A stretch of DNA of 63,825 bases, counting the filler, from Choristocarpus tenellus KU-1152 (lineage: Eukaryota > Protista > Phaeophyceae), in NCBI GenBank assembly GCA_964200185.2. It is 8 parts of 8 records of this genome, joined end to end, with 100 filler letters (N's around TTAATTAATTAA, not from the genome) between each part and the next. Parts side by side here need not be neighbours in the genome. Positions count along the whole stretch, not along the records: positions 44,978 to 60,295 come from CAXNAD020001019.1; positions 60,396 to 63,825 come from CAXNAD020020083.1; 6 more parts are not named here. One strand, given 5' to 3'. A program made the position numbers and the translations under genes. The notes under the pieces were generated by a model that was not told the origin of the DNA, made no database searches, and saw only the letters and a list, made by a program, of their open reading frames with translations. Each line of letters starts with the position of its first letter. Within the stretch, counting starts at the first letter, position 1. Below, in pieces: positions 51,963 through 63,825 of the stretch.

Positions 51963-54241
51963 ATGGCGGGTTACTTCAAGGGTGCAATCACCATTGCAGC
52001 ATTGGGATTAGGAAATGTTGTTGCTCAGGTGATGAAAGAGGAAATTGGTAACCATTGGCCCAACCTCTTAGGTGTACGGTTCTGGAAGCAGATGCCAGAT
52101 ATATGGTTTTGTATGCGTTTGACCTAGTATGGTTTTGTCGAACATCAAGGGATTCATTCAGACAACAGCTTGGAGGAAGCATGTTTTGGATAAAGGGTTT
52201 AGTTTCTATAACTCTCACGTATGGAGACCAGAACTCTGTAAACATGGAATAACAAGATCGCCTTTGGAATTCTTCACAAGGAAGCATTACTGTCACACAA
52301 TCGAGGACTTTTGAGCACCATTCCACTTTCTATGGAATGCTAAGCATGCCCTGGCCGATCTTTTCTCCACTCCTGCTTTTCACCCGCCATGTTCCATCTA
52401 TTCCGGTCGTCGACTCCTTGCAGAAGGGGACAATCGGCTCTCGTCTGCAGGTTCAAATACCCAGCGAGCTTTTTAAGCCTGAGGGATACGAACACCAGGA
52501 GGCCCTATTCGGGATACCACCGTATGGTGGCGCCATCGCAGAGGTATGTCGGTTAAACAACTTCTATCAAACACTTTGGGTAAGATATTAGCGGAGCTGG
52601 TGAGGTAGGGGACCAGGACTAAGCAAATTATCGTTCTGTGTGTTGGCGTTTCCAATTCCTAGTTGGACTCGGAGTCTGTGATGCCGATCAGTTCCTTCAC
52701 AGCCTGCAGTTGTCGTGCAGGTATCAAAGCAACCCGTCAAAAAAGATGATAAGAGCTTGATATGTGGCAGGCCGAGTATACACCTGCACTGTGTGGCCAT
52801 ACCATCCCCGCTGTTTCCTTGAAACAACTGAAGTCTCGACCTCCAAATCCTCCTAACCCGTTTCCAACTCCAAAACTCAAACTTTGTGCCATCAGAGATT
52901 GCTTCATGGGGGACTCATGACCAAGGGTGTGTCGAAGACATGGACGCTCTGTGATGACAAGGAAGCAGCGATGTTCGCCCCCCCTGAGAGTAATACCCCA
53001 TACATCCTCATGATTGATCGTGGAAACTGTACCTTTGCCAACAAGGTATGCAAGGACGTCCCATGCTGCACATCTCCCCACAGGCCCTCAAACTACATAT
53101 CTGCATTTTGTTGAGGTGTTCTACTTCATGTTTGGTTGCTCTTACCACACTCCACTATTCTGAATCCATCATCTAACCCCTCCCTCCCCCCTCACTTTGA
53201 TCCTTTCTTTTCAGGTACGTCGGGCACAACACCTTGGTGCTTCAGGAGTGATTATCGCAGACAATAATTGCTTGTGTTCGGACACTGATTGTATCATGGA
53301 CGAAGGTATGGTGTGCGAACAGGTGGAGCCAATCATGGCCGATGATGGATCTGGCACTGATATCGCCATTCCAAGGTGGGATAAAAAACAAACAGATTGG
53401 TGATTTTTAACTGGGTAGATGTGTGTTTCATCAGACATTTTCAGAGTATCAAGAACTAGTGCGATAATTTTGATGAGGGAATTTTGATTTAGTTCCTTGC
53501 ATGGGGTGAGCAATATAGATGTGCAAAATTATATTCATAGTTGACCTATTATAGTTAAAACATATATTTTTGCCATAAATACAATATCTCTGCTCCATTC
53601 TATAATTGCTTTGGGTGAACCGTTACAGTATTGACATATTAGAAACTATTTTTCGACATGAAGATATGAATTTTAACTACTCTAATGGTCAGCTCCTGTA
53701 CTTCTGATAATACTGTTGTCCTTCAGCTGGGTTTAGGGCATGAACACACTGAAGATGGGGGTGTGATTTGAGTTTTTTAATTGTTTTATTAATGAGTGCA
53801 ATAAAGGCAAGAAAATTCTTGTTAAAATTTTTAACAGTAGTCTTCAAACAGGGCGATGAGCCTTTTTCAGGTGAAATTTCTGTTTTGTGAAAAGAATATT
53901 CTTGGAACTACTACCATAAGCATAAAGTACACATTGATGGAAAAAGTGTGATTTTGCTCCTGAGAAGATATCGAGACTTAGGGCTACGGCATTGGTTTGA
54001 GATTTTTTTTTTCGACATGCAGTCTGCATGGCAGGATCCTTGATCTCTTCGGATGGATGAATGAAGCCAATACGCTCGATCTGTGTGCAGTACTGATGTG
54101 CTTGAATGAAGCCAATACGCTTGATCTGTGTGCAGTACTGATGTGCTTGAATGAAGCCAATACGCTTGATCTGTGTGCAGTACTGATGTGTTTGAATGAG
54201 ATATGATTTCTTTCGGATATGAGGGAATGGTGTGTGTGAAG

Positions 54242-54305
<64 letters not shown>

Positions 54306-57300
54306 GTGTGTATGTGTGTGTGAGAGAGAGAGTGTGTTGGGTTGCCTAATAGGGTTGATTTTTTTTTTTGGAGGGGGGGGAGGGGAAAGATGTAAGTGCC
54401 TCAGAGAGTGTTGACGCACGATCTTCTACTACTTTGCGGAGTTCTTGTGGGTACATGCATCTCAGGTAGTTGGGGACATGCGAGGTCAGGATGACAGCCC
54501 CGGTTGTTTTCAGAACCAGATATGATCTCTTCCATTCTTGTTCCAGTTGTGTGGGAGAGATTGTAGAACAGTTTTTGATGGCGGCGGCGACAGTGACTGT
54601 ATGAAATTTGAATAATTTAATATACTTCTCTGGTGTGCGAGGTGCTTCTTGTGCTTTTTCTTATCAGGACAATAAGTCCGCTGCCGTCGCGGTGTTAAAA
54701 AAAAAAAATTGTTGTACATTGTGATGTGGTTGTCAAGATTGCCGGAAAGGTTTTTTGCGAAGGGGGTTGGCTGAGGGCAATTCTGACTAACTCTTTTTTT
54801 GTGTGCATGGTGTGAGAGAGGATACGAGCAAGCCAATCGAGGTAGAGGTAATGATGTTGAGTGAGGATTGGGGATGTGCAGACACAGTTGGTAGTAGTTT
54901 TTTTTTGGAGAGTACGAAAGAAGGTGTGATCAATGAAATCAACCAATCAATGAAACCAACCAATCAACCAATCAACCGTGTCAGACATTTGTAGCCTGTG
55001 CAAATAGCTTGTGGCTTGTACATGATAGGGTATTGTATATAATGGGGGTAAAACTCTCCTTGGCTTGTCTGGAAAGTTTTGTATTCTCTTACCAAATTTC
55101 CTCCTCCTTGAAATGCATGTGCACACGAAACTGTTATGCTTTCCCTAAGCTTCCTGATGAAGAAGCCAGATGCTTCAATGCTGAAGAATCGGTTGGAGTC
55201 TGGCTTCCTGGTGCAGGTGGAGATGGCTTGGTCTATGCCTGACCCAGATGACAGAGTGGAATGGTCGCTGTGGACCAGTGTTATTGACCCCTCAGCAGTG
55301 GTACGTGCATGGACTTTCTCGGAGTGCATATTTTTGGGGGGGGGAACAGAGGTTCCATTTTTTTTTTTTGTACTATTAAAATACTCTGTGGTACGTGTTA
55401 TTTCATGTGATAATTTATATTGTTTTTTTCTTTCTTTGAAAATGAGTGTTGAGGTTGTAGTTGGTTTTATGTTCTTGTTGGGCGAAGTTGGTTGAATCTT
55501 ACGATTGTGTGTCCACAGTGTACTACAGTGTAGTGTTGAATAAATGTTCGAATATTGTGTTTCCTGGATTCATTTTTAGTATTACTGAAAAGGGTGTATT
55601 ATTACTGAAAAGGGTGTAGTATTACTGAAAAGGGTGTATTTGATTTTTTTATTGTGATTTGTCTAAATGCATTAATTTGTTTCTAAGTTGCAACACGACA
55701 TGTGTATTTGTATCCTTAGGACAGTGTGGTGAATAGGCTAGGTGTAGTCACCCCTCAAGACTAGTCTTGCTGCTGGTGTGTGCTTGATTGACTCTATTGA
55801 GCTCGAAGATCTGAACAATAAGATATAGTTTATATGTTGGGACATGAGTCAATCCCCCCTTGGTGGTTACCGGGAAGCAAAGTTGTGGATCTACTCCACA
55901 ATGGTTTTCTTGTTTGTCAGATTTTTTTGTGGTTTTACTGACTCTTTCGTTATAAATATTGAGATTATTTCAAGAATCATCTTTTTTTGTTATTTTTTTC
56001 AAGCAGTACCACTAGTGTTGCAGAAAGTTATGCACAACACATGCTACCCACCTAGAGCTCAGAGGCTGTTTTTGATTACCACAATGGTGTCCTTTTTGGA
56101 CAGGTGAGGGGAGTATGTAGTAGAGATTGACAAAGCAGTGTTTGGATGATGTGGGATATTCATTTTGAAGTGATCAGGATCATTTTTGAAAGGTCCTTTT
56201 TTTTAAATTATAGAATTCTCTTTAAAAGATACATGTTGTGATGTCACACATGATTGTATAGCTACATACATCTATTGTTATTCTGATTATATACATACAT
56301 CTATTGTTATCCTGATTATATATATTATATATATACGTACACACATCTCTATTGCAGGCGTTCAAGCGTGACTTCAAGGACATTGTGGTGGATCTTGATA
56401 AGTACACACAATTTGAACCATTTTATGTGGTCTATGACGGAGAGGCTTACGGATGCACAAAGGTAAACAAAAAATGTTTGATGTGTGGCATATCCTTTGT
56501 GCTTCCACTTTCTCTGAGGGTACCTCAACATGTCCACACATCTACCATATCTGCAGTAGGTGTGATGGTCAGAGTTATTGTCAGCAGTACCTACCCTCAC
56601 AGGTGTGAGGAAGAGGAACTGAGTAGAGACAGAGGTGGTTAGGGTTAGGGTTAGTGTTCTGACTGGTCTGTTTTGTTTTGATTGGTTTGTTATTATTCTG
56701 TTCTATTCTGTTCTATTTCCTCTCAATTGACTCTCAATCAGCACTCTCCATTATCCTTTCGTTACCCTTACTATTTACTGTTCTTACTCTCCCCTTCCCC
56801 CCCCCCCCCACCCTCCTGTCTCTCTGACCTTCACGAACTTCAACCATCATTTTGCCATTGTCTCTGACTTCCTCCCCTTCATGACTGGTGCTGTGTCCCT
56901 GTGCTTTGTTGGACGGCACCTTGTGTCACTGTTCCTGGACTGTTCCTGGACCGTTCCTGGACCGATCTCCCCTACGTTACTTTTTTGTTCCCAAGACGCA
57001 AACAAAGTGTGGCAACCTGTGTACAAATGGTGGCCGGTACTGCATGACAGATCCGGACTTTGACACAAAGAAGGGCATATCAGGGGCAGATGTGATTGGG
57101 GAGTCCTTGCGACAGAAGTGTGTCTGGAATTATTATGGGGGGCCCCAGGCTGATATCAAGGACCAGGTGAGGGTTTTGGACTAGGGCTACAGTTCCTGTG
57201 AGTGTTGTGGTACAAGGAGGAGGTTATTGGTTAGGGAGGGTTAATTGTGAATGAGAAGAAGTTGATCAATGGGGCTGGAGGTATTTGGGGTTGTGAGTTG

Positions 57301-60286
57301 TGCAAGTGAATGAATGGTTTGTTGCAGTCTTTTAGGATGTTGTTTGGTGTGTTTTCTTTTATTCTACTTTCTTTTGTAGTCTAGGAAGAGGTTGGGATTT
57401 TATGTCTAACCAAAAAAATATGATACTAGTATTATCATACTAGCGAATATATATATATATATATATATATATTGAAATTCCTTTTGGGATTGAATTTAGA
57501 GTAGGGTTTGAACAGTAGGAAACACACCGTGTTTTCTTTTTTCTTTTAGATAAATTTGAGTGTGTAATGTTCTGGATATGAACTAGCAGTGCCTCCTACA
57601 CCCCCCAGTCCCCTTCCCTGGTTCTTTGTTGTTGTTCCGATAGAATGTGTTGACAGTTTTCCACTGTATGTGTAGGCGCTTGTGTCTCTATCATCTAACT
57701 TCACATCATTGCTAACAGCTCCCACCAATACCTTTGTGGGCCCCACCAGGGTATTGGGGAGAAGTGGTGGTCTTATGTGTCAGAATTTTCAGCGCAGTGT
57801 GGTACTGAGAGGTTTACTGACAGTTCTTGTGTTTCGGCGGCAATGGTATCTGCAGGTGGGTTGGTAGTGATGGTAATTGAGCTGTTTTGAATGAGATTTG
57901 ATCGCAAGACAAGAACCTCTCATGGACTAGATTTGGGATATTCAAGGACCACACAGAATTAACTCACACTGCCACAATGTTTGAGTGAGAAAGAAGGATG
58001 CTCTTTTATATCAGCACTTTTGTAGTATAGAAGTAGTACATTTCTGGGTGTGTATGGCCTTGTTTGGTTATGGTGTGAGTTGAAGGGAAAGTGAAAAGGT
58101 TCTATTTTTCATTTTTCATTTTTGTTTTTGTTTTTGTTTTATGTTTATTGAGTACAATATGGTTGGTGGCTTGTGTCCCATGAGAGCGTTGTTGCTTTCT
58201 GATGTGATCGCCTTTTTTTCCCTCCTACTGGTCTTAACTTAGTTGTGTGGACTGCTTGAAAATGGCCTGTGCAGGTATTGATGAAAAGAGGATTAATCAG
58301 TGCATGGATTCATCAGGCGGAGTAGTGGATGATGTTGAAAATACCATCCTTAACCAGGAGCTAAAGGAGAAGGTGTGGGATAGTTGGAGGGGTTACATAG
58401 AGAGTGGGAATGGGTGCAGGAGTCACCCAAGATACGGAGTCGAGTTTTCTGTTTTTGTTGAAATTTAATGGTTTTGCTAAATGTAGGATGCGGTCGGTAC
58501 GGGTTTTGTAGTGTTCTGCATGGTGTTTTCATGTTTGCAATTGAACTTGAAATTAAATCGACATGTACTCTTTTTCTGAGTAGGTATGTCTCTTTTTATG
58601 TATCTGCTTTGAAGGTACCCCCTTTGAACCTCCAAAACGACAATATATCACCTGTACTATTGTTTGTGTCAGATTGTGTGTGTCCAACTGTCTTCCCGTC
58701 AACAACCCTGCATAGCAATTGCCCGGCCCTGTTCATTGTTGATATGCACACAGCCCTAGGGGCATTATCTGTGTGTGTATATGTTTTTTGTAAAGTTTCT
58801 CTTTCAAGCACATGCTTTGTTCTGTGGAGATTGCTGTGCCCCTTCTATTTTTTAGTTTTTTTTTTCGCCAGCGCCAGGCTTCTAGAACAGTAAAGTATCT
58901 CGATATTTAAGATGATAGCGCTGTTTGCTGCAGAGCACCATTGTAAGACCCTAACCCTATTTCTCATTCTGTTTGTTCCTTTAGAGCACCAAGTCTATTG
59001 TGGTCATCCCCACAGTGTACGTGAACAATGTGGCGGAGAGGGGTGGCATCAATACAGCTTCTGTGCTGAGTACCATTTGTGCAGGCTTTGCAGATGGAAC
59101 CGAACCGGAGGTAGGAGGATAAAGAGCAGACTGGAACTTGCATGCATACATGTAATACATACGTACGTGTTCTAATTGATACATGAGTTGACACATGTGT
59201 GCTGTATTTTATTTTTTTAAATCTGTATCCAACTCGATGCGGAGGGAGAACTAGGTCCCTCAGGTCTTTTTGACTTATCTACTTGGCAAACAATTTTACA
59301 AAAAAAATTTGACTTTTTGTCATGTGTCGTTAACCTGTGCTTTTGTGTGTTTTTTGCCTGTGTGTGGTGATACACTTTTTTCTTTTTTTTGATGCGGGAA
59401 GCTGTGTAATTGTGCAGGTCAGACGAGCAGTAACCTTGTGAAGGACTGCGTTGCGCAGTGGAAGGATGGGGGGAGTATATGGGGAGGAGGATCGTCAGGG
59501 GGTGGGATGTCCATGGGGAGCACCCTTTTCATCCTGTTGGTTGTGGTTGGGTCAATGACCGCTGCAGGGTTTGTCTACTGGAAGCGAACTCAAGATCAAA
59601 TGCGGGACCAGGCAAGGGTTTTGTGGAGAAGAGAGGCGTTGGAATTCTGTTTTTTGGAGTCTGTTTTGTTACAATTGTAGGTGTGGTGAGGAGTTGAGTT
59701 GTCTGTATGAGCAAGGCTGCTGTTTGAGTCAAGTTTGAGTTTGAGTTTGGTGTGATGTCTTCTCGTAGTTATTTTCTTTTTTTAGGTGCCAGAGGGAGGC
59801 CCTTTTAAGCTCTAGCAGACGGTTCTTCACAGGCTTGTTTTGTTGGAGATAGGTTGAGTGGTAGCAGTTAGGGGATGAGGATACATCAAGGGATATACAG
59901 CCGCTTTTTTTAGTGGTGCTTGTGTTGCTCTTTGTGAGAGGATGTAATGTATCCTATTTTGGGGGATCAAGGGGGGATAGTACATTCATACCTGAAGTCA
60001 CTCTGCACATCATTTATTTGTTTGGTGATTCAATCTCCACACATGGTACTACTCCTGCCTCCTTTTTGCTGATAACATGTTGATTGCTCTCTCTGTTGAC
60101 ACTGTTGTTTGAACTGTTGTTTGAAACCTTCAGGTGCGTGGTATTCTTGCAGAGTACATGCCATTGGAGGACATTGATGGACCTGCATCCTCTGCACGGG
60201 TGCCATTCATGGGTCCACCAGGAAACCGCCATAGTGGGGGTGAGGATGAATTCGCCATGCGCCCCCCGGAGACGCAGCGTGTGTAG
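51963..60286 (+). CDS. VSR: Vacuolar sorting receptor (BP-80/VSR-like, PA domain, type I membrane protein), complete, 12 exons
   Basis: Exons 51963-52028 (signal peptide MAGYFKGAITIAALGLGNVVAQ), 52424-52543 (ALFGIPPYGG), 52896-53045 (ILMIDRGNCTFANK), 53215-53375, 55150-55300 (PDDRVEWSLWT), 56358-56462, 56996-57166 (CTNGGRYCMTDPD), 57750-57855, 58275-58372, 58985-59110 (IPTVYVN...ICAGF..GTEP), 59402-59611 (TM helix) and 60134-60286 (VRGILAEYMPLED...stop). All in phase. Confidence 0.93.
54059..54197 (+). repeat. 45-bp minisatellite x3 in VSR intron
   Basis: GAATGAAGCCAATACGCT(C/T)GATCTGTGTGCAGTACTGATGTG(C/T)TT repeated head-to-tail three times. Confidence 0.92.
54230..54336 (+). repeat. (TG)n/(GA)n microsatellite
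   Basis: Long interrupted TG dinucleotide tract. Confidence 0.92.
55581..55640 (+). repeat. 20-bp tandem repeat x3 in VSR intron
   Basis: ATTACTGAAAAGGGTGTA(T/G)T x3. Confidence 0.92.
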
Positions 60287-60295
60287 CAGCGGATA

Positions 60296-60395
60296 NNNNN
60301 NNNNNNNNNNNNNNNNNNNNNNNNNNNNNNNNNNNNNNNTTAATTAATTAANNNNNNNNNNNNNNNNNNNNNNNNNNNNNNNNNNNNNNNNNNNN
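60296..60395. other. Artificial contig spacer
   Basis: N44-TTAATTAATTAA-N44. Confidence 0.97.
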
Positions 60396-63300
60396 CAACA
60401 ACTCAATGTTTCTCCCACAGATCATATTTTACACATGAATAAAAGGCATATTCTTAACACCCCTCCGTACCCCTCAACAAGAAGCTGAAGACTAGGAACT
60501 ACCTCGTTGAAGTCCCTCTGCTCTCCAAGCACATGCAACATGCATTTGCTTGGGTTATATTTCTCTCCCTTCTCCCCATCCTTCGTCATTCCGGGTTCTA
60601 ACAGCCCCTTTCCCACAAAATTTATCAAATGAATGCAGGCGGGGAGAAAGCCTTAATCAACTTATACGTCCAACCCCAAGTCCAGGAACAAAAGTAAATG
60701 TACGGCATCTTGCAAGGAGTGGGAGACACCAAATCATCGGTATGCAAATAGTCTCAATCTCACCTCCTCTTCTTCCCTGGCGTCCTCGTCAATGACTACC
60801 TCCACGTGTTTCGCGACCTCTTCAAAGTAGAAGATTTGGTGGTAGCGAGACGTTTCCGCAGCTGCCTTTCTTACGATCACTTTCTCCTCCGCCTTGCGAG
60901 CACTTTTAACCTTCTTTCGGGCTTCAGAGTCCTTGTTATACCCCAACCTTAACGCCTTCTTTCTCGTTTCCTTAAGCCTCACCAGCTTGTATAGCTACCA
61001 AATAGCCAGGCTGCTGCAGCTATCAACTACTAAGATATTCTACGCCCGGGTTTTCGCTTAGGCGCTTCCTGAGCGCAATGGCACGCATTCGCACTGCTCT
61101 CCTCCCCAACCTTCCCTTCGGCCGGCCACTCTGGTTCTCCCTTCACCCGCCATGACCAGGCTTCCCCACAGATTTCGTCCCTGTACCTCCTGGTGATGGA
61201 CTTGCCCCTCTCTTCCTGCTTTCCCGAGGCGGCAGAGACTGCGGAGCAGTGCTCCGGAACGGTTGAACCAACCACATTTGATAGGTAAAGCTTTCAATGC
61301 ATCTTCTCTCAGTGTCATTGTCTCGGCCGCGTCACCGTCGTGGTTCATGCTGCAATGTGGGTCACCTGTGTGTGCGCTCACAGCCTGTCTGTAAATGGTG
61401 CTAAAAAGATGACTGCAAATCTTGCTTTTTTTCGGTCTGCAACAGTTTTTAGCAGGAAATTCAGCCACCATTTTTGTACCGTTTTGAAGTTGTGACCATC
61501 AAAATTGCGTCGGAGATGTTCCTCCGCGTTTTTGCCATTATTTGATTGGGGCATAGTTCCGGTTCACCGAAGTTCGTACATTCGTGCATACAAATCTTCC
61601 GAACCTCTTCTCCTAAGCTTTCCATTGATGATACATATATTGTTGTATGCGTCTTGTGGCAATACAGTGCAAAAAAGGAAGATTGCTCCAGAGGGGTAAG
61701 CTACTCGTACCACTTTAGGAGTTTTGCCTTGTTTTGTCCGTTCAGGATTGGCTTCCGACGGGTTTTTTAGGCCCTTTTTCGGTTTTCTGTGTAACATTTT
61801 GGATTTCGGAGTAGGTAAAATGTGTGGGAATTTAAGAAGGTGAACGTTTAAACTCTATTTGTCCAATCGGGACTTGAAATATTATGGAAGAACGCGACTT
61901 TTGAAGCCCTCTTTTGATTTTACTCTGTTCCGGATTTTGTGACATCCAATCACAACATTGAATAATGATCCCGAACGGACGACCATTATTCCCTCTAAAA
62001 TGGTATGACTCTCTTCCATTCCTGCACTTGCTTCTCCACTTGTGCTTGGTCTCTCTCTCGACCAAGGAGACATTTGTCTATTCCTAGTCACAACACTTTG
62101 TCTTGAGCAAGTGTGTGTCACGATAAATATTTTGTCCTTAAAAGAGAGCTGCAGAGTATCTATAGAGAAGTACTAGGATATACTTTTCCACTGATGACCA
62201 GTTGATTTTTCAAGCATTTTCTCCTCCCTTTTGCAACCTCCACGTCGTCCGCCGGAAGTTCAAAAAGCTACAAATATTTGGGTACGATATTTAGCAGCCT
62301 ATCTATGTTGATGACGAGATTCAAAAAAATAATCTCTCACCTCTCCATACGTATATTATGGTCTTGGATCGTTTACGCTATAATGTTTTACTACCTGGGG
62401 ACGAAGCTGAATGACTCCCTCTCTGCCACACCCTGCCACCTTATCCCATAGGACTGGATTGACAGCAAAAAAGGCAGGTTGCACAGTAAGACATACACGA
62501 AAACTATCTTGAATGATACCATCAGAAGGCAGGAGATCATTCATCTTCCGGCTTACAAGATCGATCAGGAGGGACGGCACAATTGGCGCGTCTTACTAGT
62601 CCACGGGCTGACAGTAACTCTTCCACTGTGATGTGGTCAGAGAGGTCATGTTCCCGTACCAACTGTTCCATTGGCAATGCCGTAGACTGCAGGTGGCAGG
62701 GCACCCATATGCCTGCATTGAAGGGGGATAGACCTTGGGTTTTCCCCCAAGGAACAGGTGGGCAACATGTACCTGAGGAATCACCTCTGGAGGAAAAAGA
62801 CGCAGCTCGTGGTGGGAATTTATGCATCGTACAAAAGGAGTCATAACAGTACAACAGGTTGGGATTCCTGCTGTTCTCTGTGCACCAGAAGGAGACCTTT
62901 CAGGGACCACTCCAGCTATGGAGGGATGTTCAGTGCTGATGACGAGGTGTTTGTCGGGGAAGATTTCGAGGTGTTGAGTGCCAGCTTTGTCGATGGGGTG
63001 CCTGCCAACAATTTGTCTGTCACGCGCAGACAGGGTGAGCTACTCAAATATTTTCAAATACAGATCCTTGAGGTATTTTAAACAATTCACATTTTCTCCT
63101 TATGTAGAGAAAAATATTACATATTTTGCAGTATCGCATTCAAACACTCCCCACCAATTTTACGAACAATAATATATACAGAATTCTGTCGTATGGAGTT
63201 GTTTACTTCGTGACTCATATATGTTCTTCGTTTGTCAAACAATACAGATCCACCACAGATCGCTATTTCACACAATCGTGTTGACAGTCGCCCCCATACC

Positions 63301-63722
63301 CTTCCACAACAACATCAAAAATCACTGAGATGGTGCAGGATGCACAACCGGGTCCCCATGTCGCCCCCCTTTGGGCTATCCTCATTGCTGACTTCGTACA
63401 CCTTAATTGACGACACGATCACCATCCTGCCTTGACAGTACCAGAAGTTCCCTAATCAGCCAACCCTTGGTGGGATACCCGTTCTTCTCAAGGCAACGCA
63501 AGTGTGGGGACGAATCTGGCGCCAAGTTTGAGTGGGGAACCAGTTTCATCCTATGCGGAGGTGGTGATGCCATATCTTGTGGGGGAAGTCTGTGATATAG
63601 ATTAGTTTAATCTTGGGCACACATTTACTCTCTAGGTTATGAGGAAGAGGATGGCGAGAATTCCTTGTTGTCTCTAGCACGTTACTACTGTGTAATTTTC
63701 TGAATGCAGGAACCATACATGA

Positions 63723-63825
63723 GAGTGAAAGTATCTTAGAGGGAACGATGTTGAACTATCCCACACTGGACCCGCGGCTTTTATGGTGCTTTAATGAAGG
63801 ACAAAGAACAGCTTGGTGTAGATGA
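63723..63825 (+). mobile_element. Family-A TIR followed by a different interior (element runs off window)
   Basis: GAGTGAAAGTATCTTAGAGGG then AACGATGTTGAAC..., unlike the MITE interior. Confidence 0.6.

Noticed and set aside
52337-52423. MLSMPWPIF... as VSR start
   Set aside because: Pyrimidine-rich tract ending in a good acceptor (ttgcag); an upstream in-phase exon at 51963-52028 supplies a better signal peptide.
54059-54197. CRISPR-like array
   Set aside because: Units are head-to-tail with no unique spacers, lie in a eukaryotic intron, and no cas genes are present.
53844-54419. 191-aa ORF, the longest in the track
   Set aside because: Made of microsatellite and minisatellite sequence antisense to a VSR intron.
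20415-60286. Vacuolar-trafficking gene cluster (VPS41 + VSR)
   Set aside because: The genes lie on different contigs separated by three artificial spacers.
1-63825. Integrated giant-virus (phaeovirus) or bacterial segment
   Set aside because: No intronless, gene-dense stretch or viral/bacterial hallmark ORFs; the longest ORFs are under 200 aa.

Overview
Eukaryotic, intron-rich, repeat-rich DNA, most consistent with a brown alga or a close stramenopile relative (inference from a stramenopile-style vacuolar sorting receptor, HYDIN, TTAGGG tracts and long introns). The window is not continuous: eight contig pieces are joined by seven identical 100-bp artificial spacers (N44-TTAATTAATTAA-N44), so adjacency across spacers is meaningless. 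Spliced genes rebuilt by hand are a kinesin 5' end (-), VPS41 5' part (-) head-to-head with a complete CCDC43-like gene (+), four internal HYDIN exons (-), a complete 12-exon vacuolar sorting receptor (+, one GC-AG intron), an orphan beta-propeller-type exon and a multi-exon hypothetical gene. Mobile DNA includes two decayed Copia elements, an RTE-type LINE relic and a probable CACTA relic. Most striking are about 10 copies of a ~257-bp MITE with 23-bp GAG...CTC TIRs and 4-bp TSDs (Sola-like), plus a sister poly-G/C MITE family sharing the TIR core. About 14 short interstitial (TTAGGG)n tracts occur, some apparently inserted into older elements. I found no convincing new protein-coding system. 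The best candidates for undescribed biology are the Sola-like MITE system and the apparent de novo telomere-repeat insertions.
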